Shown: positions 48,819 to 60,177, counted from the stretch's first letter. The stretch is 64,000 nucleotides of DNA from Cyanophora paradoxa CCMP329 (GCA_004431415.1 QPMI01000582.1:100362-164361); one strand, 5' to 3'. Program-made: numbers and translations. The notes: generated from the sequence alone by a model not told the origin.

Positions 48819-51328
48819 CGAGAGAGGAGAGGCGGGGGAGGGGGCGGAGACGGGAGCCTTGCCGTGCTGATGCGTCCCGATTTGCGATGCAGCTCTCGGG
48901 CCCTGTATCGGCGCGGCGAGCGGCAAGAGGCTTCCCCTGCACAGCACGCCGGTGCGCCTGGGCCCGCGCCGGGGGCGCCGCCCCATCGGCCGATGCGAAG
49001 GCTGCGCTGGGTCGCAGGGCGAGCGCAGGCCGCTCGATCTCGCACCGACGCTCTCGCCTCGCCTACGGCCTCACGGCGGGGCGCGCCAGATCCCTTCAGG
49101 GGGGTACAGAGGTGCGCCCCGAGCCCCTAGAGGGGGACGGCGGGCGGGTAGGGGGGAGGGGGCGGGGAGGGGGAGGGGGGCGAGAGAGGAGAGGCGGGGG
49201 AGGGGGCGGAGACGGGAGCCTTGCCGTGCTGATGCGTCCCGATTTGCGCTGCAGCTCTCGGGCCCTGTATCGGCGCGGCGAGCGGCAAGAGGCTTCCCCT
49301 GCACAGCACGCCGGTGCGCCTGGGCCCGCGCCGGGGGCGCCGCCCCATCGGCCGATGCGAAGGCTGCGCTGGGTCGCAGGGCGAGCGCAGGCCGCTCGAT
49401 CTCGCGCTGACGCTCTCGCCTCGCCTACGGCCTCACGGCGGGGCGCGCCAGATCCCTTCAGGGGGGTACAGAGGTGCGCCCCGAGCCCCTAGAGGGGGAC
49501 GGCGGGGGGGTGGGGGGGGGGGGGGGGGGCGGGGGGGGGGGGGGGGCGAGAGAGGAGAGGCGGGGGAGGGGGCGGAGACGGGAGCCTTGCCGTGCTGATG
49601 CGTCCCTATTTGCGCTGCAGCTCTCGGGCCCTGTATCGGCGCGGCGAGCGGCAAGAGGCTTCCCCTGCACAGCACGCCGGTGCGCCTGGGCCCGCGCCGG
49701 GGGCGCCGGCGCCGCCCCATCGGCCGATGCGAAGGCTGCGCTGGGTCGCAGGGCGAGCGCAGGCCGCGCGATCTCGCGCCGACGCTCTCGCCTCGCCTAC
49801 GGCCTCACGGCGGGGCGCGCCAGATCCCTTCAGGGGGGTACAGAGGTGCGCCCCGAGCCCCTAGAGGGGGACGGCGGGCGGGTAAGGGGGGGAGGGGGCG
49901 GGGAGGGGGAAGGGGGGCGAGAGAGGAGATTCGGGGGAGGGGGCGGAGACGGGAGCCTTGCCGTGCTGATGCGTCCCGATTTGCGCTGCAGCTCTCGGGC
50001 CCTGTATCGGCGCGGCGAGCGGCAAGAGGCTTCCCCTGCACAGCACGGCGGTGCGCCTGGGCCCGCGCCGGGGGCGCCGCCCCATCGGCCGATGCGAAGG
50101 CTGCGCTGGGTCGCAGGGCGAGCGCAGGCCGCTCGATCTCGCGCCGACGCTCTCGCCTCGCCTACGGCCTCACGGCGGGGCGCGCCAGATCCCTTCAGGG
50201 GGGTACAGAGGTGCGCCTCGAGCCCCTAGAGGGGGACGGCGGGCGGGGAAGGGGGGGAGGGGGCGGGGAGGGGGAGGGGGGCGAGAGAGGAGAGGCGGGG
50301 AGGGGGCGGAGACGGGAGCCTTGCCGTGCTGATGCGTCCCGATTTGCGCTGCAGCTCTCGGGCCCTGTATCGGCGCGGCGAGCGGCAAGAGGCTTCCCCT
50401 GCACAGCACGCCGGTGCGCCTGGGCCCGCGCCGGGGGCGCCGCCCCATCGGCCGATGCGAAGACTGCGCTGGGTCGCAGGGCGAGCGCAGGCCGCGCGAT
50501 CTCGCGCCGACGCTCTCGCCTCGCCTACGGCCTCACGGCGGGGCGCGCCAGATCCCTTCAGGGGGGTACAGAGGTGCGCCCCGAGCCCCTAGAGGGGGAC
50601 GGCGGGGGGGTGTTGGGGGGGGGGGGGGGGGGGGGAGGGGAGGGGGGCGAGAGAGGAGAGGCGGGGAGGGGGCGGAGACGGGAGCCTTGCCGTGCTGATG
50701 CTTCCCTATTTGCGCTGCAGCTCTCGGGCCCTGTATCGGCGCGGCGAGCGGCAAGAGGCTTCCCCTGCACAGCACGCCGGTGCGCCTGGGCCCGCGCCGG
50801 GGGCGCCGCCCCATCGGCCGATGCGAAGGCTGCGCTGGGTCGCAGGGCGAGCGCAGGCCGCTCGATCTCGCGCCGACGCTCTCGCCTCGCCTACGGCCTC
50901 ACGGCGGGGCGCGCCAGATCCCTTCAGGGGGTACAGAGGTGCGCCCCGAGCCCCTAGAGGAGACGGCGGGCGGGGAAGGGGGGGAGGGGCGGGGAGGGGG
51001 GAGGGGGGCGAGAGAGGAGAGGCGGGGGAGGGGGCGGAGAGGGGAGCCTTGCCGTGCTGATGCGTCCCGATTTGCGCTGCAGCTCTCGGGCCCTGTATCG
51101 GCGCGGCGAGCGGCAAGAGGCTTCCCCTGCACAGCACGCCGGTGCGCCTGGGCCCGCGCCGGGGGCGCCGCCCCATCGGCCGATGCGAAGACTGCGCTGG
51201 GTCGCAGGGCGAGCGCAGGCCGCGCGATCTCGCGCCGACGCTCTCGCCTCGCCTACGGCCTCACGGCGGGCGCGCCAGATCCCTTCAGGGGGGTACAGAG
51301 GTGCGCCCGAGCCCCTAGAGGGGGACGG

Positions 51329-51363
<35 letters not shown>

Positions 51364-52038
51364 CGGAGGGAGGGGGCGAGAGAGGAGAGGCGGGGAGGGG
51401 CGGAGACGGGAGCCTTGCCGTGCTGATGCGTCCCGATTTGTGCTGCAGCTCTCGGGCCCTGTATCGGCGTGGCGAGTGGCAAGAGGCTTCCCCTGCACAG
51501 CACGCCGGTGCGCCTGGGCCCGCGCCGGGGGCGCCGCCCCATCGGCCGATGCGAAGGCTGCGCTGGGTCGCAGGGCGCCGCGGCGAGCGCAGGCCGCTCG
51601 ATCTCGCGCCGACGCTCTCGCCTCGCCTACGGCCTCACGGCGGGGCGCGCCAGATCCCTTCAGGGGGGTACAGAGGTGCGCCCCGAGCCCCTAGAGGGGG
51701 ACGGCGGGCGGGTAGGAGGGAGGGGGCGGGGAGGGGGAGGGGGGCGAGAGAGGAGAGGCGGGGGAGGGGGCGGAGACGGGAGCCTTGCCGTGCTGATGCG
51801 TCCCTATTTGCGCTGCAGCTCTCGGGCCCTGTATCGGCGCGGCGAGCGGCAAGAGGCTTCCCCTGCACAGCACGCCGGTGCGCCTGGGCCCGCGCCGGGG
51901 GCGCCGCCCCATCGGCCGATGCGAAGGCTGCGCTGGGTCGCAGGGCGAGCGCAGGCCGCTCGATCTCGCGCTGACGCTCTCGCCTCGCCTACGGCCTCAC
52001 GGCGGGGCGCGCCAGATCCCTTCAGGGGGGTACAGAGG
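48560..52038. repeat. Tandem array of about 366-bp units, about 9.5 copies, each with a long G tract
   Basis: Marker CAGCACG(C/G)CGGTGC at 48571, 48942, 49304, 49670, 50041, 50404, 50770, 51132, 51498, 51868 (period 362-371). Confidence 0.97.
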
Positions 52039-53797
52039 GGGTTAGCCGGGGGCAAGCTGCCCCCGCCGCCCCTCGAACCGCGTACCCCCGGTACGCGGCC
52101 CGGGCCCGACCCCCCACCCACTGACGCCCTGCGAGGGCACTACCAGGGCACGTCGGCGGGTAGATGATCTAGATCTAAATTAAAGACATCGCGGTCCTTA
52201 CTGATGTATTCGCTGGGTCCCACCCTCGCTGCCCCGGCCCCGCCGCGCGCCCCTAGGCCTCGAACCTCGAACCACGAGCAGAAAGGGCGATCGGGCCTCA
52301 TTATCCAGAGCTGCGGACCTGAAGCGCTTTAAAACGCATATAGGTTTCTGTTTCAAAGCGTTTGCACGTGTACCGTATACGTATGCGAATGATGCCTATG
52401 ACTAGTACTGTTCTTTTTTTCCCCGTGATGCGTCGTATATTCAGGAACACCGCAGTACAGACTCCTACCTACTCCTTAGGTGGCCAAATATACGTATACT
52501 AGCCTGCCCAGGGCTCCTGCCGTCACTGGCCCCGACTCCCCAGGGCTTCAGACCCAGCAGACAGAGAGGTGGGAAGGGCGCTGAGAGCACCCGCGCAGTG
52601 ATCATGAGTAGCCGACGGAGGACGCCCCCCACAGGTGATAATCTACGATGAGATTGGGCGAGGCCAAGGTTTCGAATTCGTCGGGTGGGCAGCCGGGTTC
52701 GGCATACGGAAGGAGTGAGAGGGGGTGGCGCATTGGGGGGTGGGACGCATGGGGACGGACCGGAGCTCGAGACACCATGGGCGCCGGCAAAGGGCTGGAG
52801 GCCTAGGGGCGGGGCGCGGGGCTGGGGCAACTAGGCGAGCGAGAGAGGGGTGAAGGGGGGCCTGGGTTCGGGCATTCGCTGACGTCGACGCTGATGGTGG
52901 GGGAGGCGGGGGTTCAGGATCGATATCTGGCCATGGGGCTGCGATGGAGGGCGAGGTACGGTGGGCCCGGCGACGGCGTGAGGGGCGGAGTTGGGCGGGA
53001 GGTGGCGAGCTGGAGGGGGCAATTAATTGCAAGGGAGGTTCTCGGGGCGGGGCAGCGGCTAAGGGCGCAGGCTGGGTTCGGGAACGCGTGCGCACGGTTT
53101 AGGCATGCGCAAATGGGCCCTTAAGCTTCTTGTAGTCGACGCAGATCTAGAGGAGCTATCGTTGCCTGCTGTGTGTCGGTGCTATCGAGCTGCAGCTTAA
53201 CCTGCAGCACACGTGCAGCGTCGATATCTTGAACGCTAGTGCTGCAGTCCGGCCGCGGATCCGGATCCTCTGGTCAGAATATTAATGTCGTACCAAAACA
53301 TGCTAGCACAACGTTATGTAGCCTTTTCAACGACTGTTAATGATATGTCTAGATAGTATAGCTGTTGTTCGTCCAGGAGCCTGCATGTGCAAGATGTTGT
53401 CTTGCATCGCACCTGTGCAGCTGCTGAGCCTTCCTTCAACTTTGAATTTCTGTTGACGAGGTGTAGTTCTATGACAGCTAAATATATCGTTTGAACGCCC
53501 TTTAAAGAGCTTTCAGAATATGTAAAGATGTCGGGGTTCAAAATTGCTCTTTTTCGAAGAAGAGCCAACGAGATGTTCCGATGCGACAAAATCCTCAACA
53601 TGTCGAATCACTCAGTGATCATGACCAGCTGACTCATCAAACCCGAGCCATGGCGACCAGTCTAGAAAAGCATAAAAGATGAATATAAAGCTTAAAAGAA
53701 GCCTGATATCATAGTATATCACTCATTGATTGAAATCACGTGCGCCTGGGACATGGGGTGCATGATCATGATGAAGAGGCGAGAAGAGCTCTTCAAA

Positions 53798-54257
53798 GAT
53801 GGGCGTCGGGGCCTGGAAGCTGCGGAGACTGGCGAGCCGCTGTCCAAACACCATGGGGCCTCTACGGACGCAATTGCTAGGGGGCCGGGTGCTTTGCATA
53901 TTGCTCGAGGGGTACGATGGCGCCTGAGAGACGGGGGAGCATGGAGGGGCGGGAGGGCTCTTGGAGATGGGCGTCGGGCTGGACGCTGCGGAGACTGGCG
54001 GGCCGCTGTCCAAACACCATGGGGCCTCTACGGACGCAATTGCTAGGGGGCCGGGTGCTTTGCATATTGCTCGAGGGTACGATGGCGCCTGAGAGACGGG
54101 GAGCATGGAGGGCGGGAGGGGCTCTTTGGAGATGGGCGTCGGGGCCTGGACGCTGCGGAGACTGGCGAGCCGCTGTGCAGACGGCACAGGGTCTCTACGG
54201 ACGCAATTGCTAGGGGGCCGGGTGCTTAGCATATTGCTCGAGGGGTACGATGGCGCT
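53798..54257. repeat. Tandem array of about 166-bp units, about 2.8 copies
   Basis: GATGGGCGTCGGG unit starts at 53798, 53966 and 54131. Confidence 0.93.
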
Positions 54258-54369
54258 TGACACTGGGAGATCATGTGCTGGTACGCCGACTGAGTAATAG
54301 TGCTTCGCCGACCTTTAGTACACCGACGAGGTCGGTGTTTTCCCACGGGCGATTACTCCGAGCATGTCA

Positions 54370-54437
54370 GTGTAATAGGGTCGGTGTAATAGGGGTCGGT
54401 GTAATAGGGGTCGGTGTAATAGAGGTCGGTGTAATAG
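54370..54437. repeat. 15-bp minisatellite GTGTAATAGGGGTCG, about 4.6 copies
   Basis: Directly visible; preceded by the perfect hairpin ACACCGAC-GAG-GTCGGTGT (54320-54338), which contains the same GTCGGTGT motif. Confidence 0.93.
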
Positions 54438-54767
54438 CGAATGTTGCAAACTGGCCCGCTCGTTCTTTTCATTCCAGCAGCGTGTCGCTATTATAGAGCT
54501 TTGTTTTAATGTTTAAATTCAATCACACATATAGCTGAATAAGTTTGGCTAGAATAAGCTGTCACACAGAATACCTCCTGCGTAGATCTAGCTAAAGTGC
54601 ATATATATATCTGGGAGAGGGTAACGCAGGTCCGAAGAAGAGACGAATGTGTCCCGCAGCTCGAACCTTGAGCTGGTTGGCACTGGCTGGAACTGCGGAC
54701 TTTGTTGAACGGATTGGCGCACTCTCCAGAAGTTGACGGATTGGTGCAATCATTCTGCGAAGGAGAA

Positions 54768-55749
54768 GCTGCGCATTTAATCGAATTTCCAGCTTGATAT
54801 TGATTAGTAGATACGGATAAACGCACCCGGCGGGCCAGGGTCGCCCTCTAAGGCATCCCGAACGAGCCTCGCGCCCTCGCCCCCCTCAGTGACTTGGACG
54901 GAGGGCCCTCGGCGACCTGCAGCGGGCTGCACATTTAATCGAATTTCCAGCTTGATATTGATTAGCAGATACGGATAAACGCACCCGGCGGGCCAGGGTC
55001 GCCCTCTAAGGCATCCCGAACGAGCCTCGCGCCCTCGCCCCCTCAGTGACTTGGACGGAGGGCCCTCGGCGACCTGCAGCGGGCTGCACATTTAATCGAA
55101 TTTCCAGCTTGATATTGATTAGCAGATACGGATAAACGCACCCGGCGGCCAGGGTCGCCCTCTAAGGCATCCCGAACGAGCCTCGCGCCCTCGCCCCCTC
55201 AGTGACTTGGACGGAGGGCCCTCGGCGACCTGCAGCGGGCTGCACATTTAATCGAATTTCAGCTTGATATTGATTAGTAGGTACGGATAAACGCACCGGC
55301 GGGCCAGGGTCGCCCTCTAAGGCATCCCGAACGAGCCTCGTGCCCTCACCCCCTCAGTGACTTGGACGGAGGGCCCTCGGCGACCTGCAGCGGGCTGCAC
55401 ATTTAATCGAATTTCCAGCTTGATATTGATTAGTAGATACGGATGAACGCACCGGCGGGCCAGGGTCGCCCTCGAAGGCATCCCGAACGAGCCTCGCGCC
55501 CTCCCCCCCTCAGTGACTTGGACGGAGGGCCTCGGCGACCTGCAGCGGGCTGCACATTTAATCGACTTTTCAGCTTGATATTGATTAGTAGATACGGATA
55601 AACGCACCCGGCGGGCCAGGGTCGCCCTCGAAGGCATCCCGAACGAGCCTCGCGCCCTCGCCCCCTCAGTGACTTGGATGGATCCGAAGGGCCCTCGGCG
55701 ACCTGCAGCGGGCTGCGCATTTAAACGACTTTTCAGCTTGATAGTGATT
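54768..55749. repeat. Tandem array of about 157-bp units, six copies plus partial
   Basis: GCTGC(A/G)CATTTAA unit starts at 54768, 54926, 55083, 55239, 55394, 55549 and 55712. Confidence 0.96.
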
Positions 55750-56050
55750 CGGGCGAGATTGGGCAAGCTGTCGCGTGCGATATTAGTGTGTCTAATCGGG
55801 CGCGCGGGAAGCCCGTGCGGAGTGCAAGCTCGGCAGGCGGGAATGGCGAGTGTCACTGCTGTCGTCGCTAAGATCCAACTCACTGGGTGTACCCGTCCAG
55901 ATACGGCGTACCCCGACACAAATACAAGTGACCGCGGCGCTCTAACTAGCCTAGGCGCCGTCGGTCCAGCAGCTCGAAGGCTGACGTGATCTAGAGCCCT
56001 AGCGGCTCACATGTAAATGAGCATCCGCTATAATGTCGGATGCGACACAA

Positions 56051-56615
56051 GCCACACCTGGCGGAGAGTGCCTCACGCAGGCCGGACTCCGGAGGACCTG
56101 CACGCTTACAATCAATCCGAGAGATTTGAATCGGGCGAGGGCCTGGCGCCCCCACGACGCGCTCTCGTGCTTGAGTGTACATGTGTTTGGGGAATATTAA
56201 TACTCGGTCAAGATCGGGCGAGCCGCACCTGGCATTGCCAAGTTGAGGACCTCAGGCGGGGGACCTGCAAGTTCACAATCAATCCCGAGAGAATAATCGA
56301 GCGAGGGCCTGGCTCCCCCACGACGCGCTTTCGCGCTCGATTTAGTTTGAGAACACAATTCAATAATTGGGTGAGATCGGGCGAGCCACACCGGGCGGAG
56401 AGTGCCTCACGCAGGCCGGACTCCGGAGGACCTGCACGCTTACAATCAATCGAGAGATTTGAATCGGGCGAGGGCCTGGCGCCCCCACGACGCGCCCTCG
56501 TGCTTGAGTGTACATGTGTTTGGGGAATATTAATACTCGGTCAAGATCGGGCGAGCCGCACCTGGCATTGCCAAGTTGAGGACCTCAGGCGGGGACCTGC
56601 AAGTTCACAATCAAT
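56051..56615. repeat. Higher-order repeat: about 334-bp dimer of diverged ~167-bp A/B monomers (A-B-A-partial B)
   Basis: GCC(A/G)CACC(T/G)GGC monomer starts at about 56051, 56222, 56385 and 56555; copies 1 and 3, and copies 2 and 4, are near-identical. Confidence 0.9.
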
Positions 56616-59528
56616 TTCGAGTGCTCTTTTCCCCCCCCCTCTCGCTTGAAGAACAAGAAAGCGATTCATTTCTCCCAGGTCGATCTTCCTGGCATGCTCC
56701 CCGGGTACGGGTGGTAGCGCCAAGCCGGCCAGCCGGCACCGGCCCGGCCCGGGCTTCTGGGGCCCGGCTTGGCTTGCGGCCAGGCTTGGCCGGCCAGACC
56801 GGACCGGCCGGGCCGCGGCCGCGGCCGTGGGCCCGGGCGGGCCGGCCGGGCCGGGCCCGGCCCCGGGCCCGGGGCCGGGGCGCCGCGCGCCGGCCGGGCG
56901 CCCGGCCTGCGCTGCTGCGCATGCGCATGCGCATGACTGCATGGGCCCGGGCGCCGCGCGGGCGGGCCGGCGCCGGCGCCGCCGGGACGTGGACGAAGCA
57001 CCGAACCGGTTTTTGACGGTCGGCGGTTTCCCGACTCCAGCCTTAATTTCTAATTCTAAATTATCGCCCGGTACCTACGTTCGCACTGCTTCTGCCTGAA
57101 GGCTCTTTCCTTCCCAGATCCGATGTACCCCGAATCCACGCACTGCATTTTTCCAGCTAAGTATGCGAACCCGACCCAGTCGCTCAGCCCCCCTGACTGT
57201 GACTGAATCAGTCAACCGAGGTTCGCTACGAGTTATGGGCCTTAGGCGCAGTTTCCGCCATACAAACTTTTTCCGAGTCAAGTCTATTGACCAAACTCGG
57301 CGAGTTTTTAGACTGGGAACACCTTCCAAGTCAAATTAGTACCGGAATTATCAGATTTGTTGCATTGGCTAAAAGATTTGGCAATGTTTGTGATATATAG
57401 CTAGCACGTAATAGTATACTTTAACTCAGCGTTTTTTGCTTTTCAGCATGGAAATGTATATCCATTCGCAAATCCCATTGGCGTGAGTCAAGTCTCCCAG
57501 GCCAGGATCTTGCCAAATCTCTGCCAAATCTCTGCCACTCCCGAGTTCGCCCCACAGGGCCAGGAAACTTTGCTCCTAGCGCCCAACTCGTAACGGTTCA
57601 GTCAGGCTACCGTGCAAAAACTGAGGAAAATGACCCGGAAATGACCCAGATGCGATCCATCGATATCTAAGTTGCCAAGCACAGTGCGCGGGCAGTAGGG
57701 ACTCTAGGGAGTGATTAGGCGAGCAAAGCTTAAGAACACTTGTGAAAGGAATTCGGCCCCGTTAGCCTCGTTGGCGCGGCGGTTTTGTTCAGATTTCGTT
57801 GTTTTTCTGGAGGTAAGCGACAGAAGATCCTTTTTAGGTCGATCCACGTCGAGCTTCAGATGGAAAAAGCCACAGGGGGCACGCTCCAGCAGGGTTTTGT
57901 ATGGACTGAAGAACCTCAGTCGGCCAATTTGTTGACTCAGTCGGGTCAGTCAGACCTCTGACTTTGACTGACAGTGACTGAACCCAGCCCTACTAGACCG
58001 CCCAGCTGGAATTTGAAACTCGGTACCGGTCACCGGAGGCTGCCACTGGCACAGCACGCCGGCCCGAGTCAGCTCCTGCCGGTGGCTGCATATATTTAAC
58101 AAATATATGCAGTTAACCGTATATAACCAAATATATAATTCTTTTAATCAAGACTTGCGTGACCTCACGGTCTTTGTCATTGGCCAGGCGCACGTGTGCC
58201 TCACGTGTGTCGCCTATCAGCACTACCCCCCGCCTACGTTCGCCCAAACTTTCCGCCCGGCTAGCTCGCTCCGCTCGCTCCAGCGCTCGGCCTGCGCGCG
58301 CTCCGCGTGCTCGGGAAGCATGTTCGACGCTCTCGCTCGCTTGCCGCCGCCCGCCGCAGACAAACGCTCCTCGAAGGCGATCCTGCGGCGCGCGTCTTCC
58401 GTCAACGCTCTTCCCGTGCTTTAGATGCGTGTACCAAGCTCTAGACGGGCCGGGGCGCCAGGCCTGCCGCTGGATCGGTCCCGGTCGTTCGAATCGCGGT
58501 TTCCGCCCATCCGGCGCGGTTTCGCCGCCCCGGTGCCGCTCGTGCTCCTGGGTGCGATTCTCCATCCTTGTGCATGCATTAGAACACCGCTGCATGCCCA
58601 GAAAGAGTGCCGCCCACGCGAAAGAAAGGTCGAGGTGCCTTGGACACGGGCCACACGGGCGGGCGCTACATACAAGGGGGGGCTGGGCGAGCGGTGCCAG
58701 AAGCTAGTAAACATGCCTACGAACGCCTCGGAATGGCGCTGCGTGCGATTCCGGCCCGGGGCCGCCGCCGAGGTGAAGGACCGCGCCTGGGTGGTGGTGG
58801 TGGTCCATCAGGCGGCGGCGAAATGGTCGCAGAAGAGAACGGAAAGGAAGTATAGCACCTGTACATCAAGAAACGACGATGCGCAGCCGGCGAGCGAGCC
58901 CCCCGTCGTCAGGCGGCCGAGGAGCAGGGAAGTACTGCAGGCGCGGTTAGCAACAGCAACAGATTCACACGAGCGATTTGCCTACCATGCAAGGGAGAGC
59001 TTCAAAACCTTGATGCGCATAGGGAAGAACGCTTGCTGTGCATGGGAATTGCACACTTGCGGCGGGTCAGGAACTGTTCAAAAACCTCGGTCAATGGCAC
59101 AAGTCGCCCCAGGGCGGGTAGCGCGGGCGCTCCAAGGCGCACCCGCATGATCGCATATACTTTCTTATGTCAGCGCACCATGTCCCGAGGCCGCAGTGAG
59201 GCGCTCCTCGCATCGGATGTTGCTGCTCTGTCTCGCGCGGGTCAACTACGGAATCGCGGGCATGGCGAATGTGGTTTCTGATATCGATAGCGTACCTGTA
59301 ACCGAGCTGGGCTCGTCCGGCGCAAATCGCTCGTGTAGCCGTGGTAACTGCCGACTAACTGCCGTAACCGCCCAGGTCTAGGGGACGCTCGGCCCGCCAA
59401 GGCATCCTTCTGGGTGCGCTAACAGTGATGCTGGTGCGCTTCGCCGCTCAGGCTGCTCAGGCCGCTCGCTGCCACGCACAAGGTCGCCGGGGTACGAGCG
59501 CGAACGAGAACTCGCCGTACCCACAAAG

Positions 59529-60061
59529 TTGAGTTGGAATTTGCATACTACGGCGAGTCGAGTCAAAAAGTCCGAGTCAAAAACTCGAGCGATTTGCCTG
59601 ATTGGTCAAAAAGGACTCGGAATTACTCAATCCACCGGCGCAGGTCCTGTTGGACCGGCGTGCTGTGTGGTAAGTTTTGAACATATTAGGGACAGTCCGA
59701 AGTACGGCTGGTGCGAGTCTAAAGGGAAAGAAAAAAGCAAAATTCTGCCAGCAATTTGGCTGACCAGTGCTGTAATTCAGTCATAAAAAAATGCACTTTG
59801 CCAGCCCGCATAGTACCGGGCCTCCATGTACCCGTGCATGGTCCGAACACAGCCAAAACATCGCTGGGGTACGTCAAAACATTTGAGTTGAAATCGCTTA
59901 CTACGGCGAGTCGAGTCCAAACGCCCCAGCCTAAAACTCGGGTGACTTGGTGATTGGTTATTTAAACCTATAGCTAGGCCACGAATACCTGCGCTCGCAA
60001 TTCCGATTGGCCAGCTAGCAGGGGGGGGGGGTGCGGGGGGGGCGGAGCCCCCCCTGCTTGT
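59529..60061 (+). mobile_element. Possible 3' end of a non-autonomous Helitron-like element with an internal ~80-bp direct repeat
   Basis: Imperfect direct repeat 59529-59608 and 59883-59960 (core TACTACGGCGAGTCGAGTC); GC hairpin GGGGGGGC-GGA-GCCCCCCC followed by TGCTTG|T at about 60036-60061; 5' end not found. Confidence 0.35.
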
Positions 60062-60177
60062 GCAAAGGATGCCGGCCAGGCGGCGCGGCAATAACCCCAT
60101 CGCTAGCGCTAGCGCTGGTGCACCGGCACCGTACACGTAGCTATACTACCCCGAGCCGCCCTCGTATCATACCCCCC

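Larger units (their letters stand above)
46681..57172. mobile_element. 10.5-kb long-TIR (Mutator/Foldback-like) non-autonomous element
   Basis: Left arm 46681-46984 plus about 47503-47784 is the reverse complement of right arm 56621-57172 (about 550 bp, high identity, outermost 25 bp diverged); flanked by direct repeat GACCCAG (46674-46680 and 57173-57179; 8/9 as CTGACCCAG/CCGACCCAG). Confidence 0.85.
46644..57992. mobile_element. Outer hAT-type non-autonomous element (about 850 bp once the inner insertion is removed)
   Basis: 18-bp TIRs TAGTGCTGGGTTCAGTCA (46644-46661) and TGACTGAACCCAGCCCTA (57975-57992), 17/18 match; TGACT/AGTCA subterminal repeats at 57180-57215 and 57930-57980. The flanking 8-mers (CTACCGGC and CTAGACCG) do not form a clean TSD. 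Confidence 0.72.

Noticed and set aside
48581-52167. Repeated ORFs and a possible hammerhead core (CTGATG) in the 366-bp unit
   Set aside because: Frames shift between copies with G-tract length; the CUGANGA...GAAA hammerhead core is not present.
53314-53601. 95-aa ORF in an AT-richer patch inside the element
   Set aside because: No recognisable motif and too short to support a call.
48560-56615. Tandem arrays as CRISPR-like or guide-RNA arrays
   Set aside because: Units are similar along their whole length with no unique spacers, and no cas-like or nuclease gene is recognisable nearby.
46681-57172. Polinton/virophage-like endogenous virus suggested by the long TIRs
   Set aside because: No polB, integrase, packaging ATPase or capsid ORF is recognisable; the interior is mostly satellite.
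46636-58000. 8-bp TSD for the outer hAT element
   Set aside because: CTACCGGC versus CTAGACCG match at only the first three positions, so it is not claimed as a TSD.
58113-59381. ORFs of 100-240 aa right of the nested elements
   Set aside because: No domain signatures and none of the host's codon or intron pattern.
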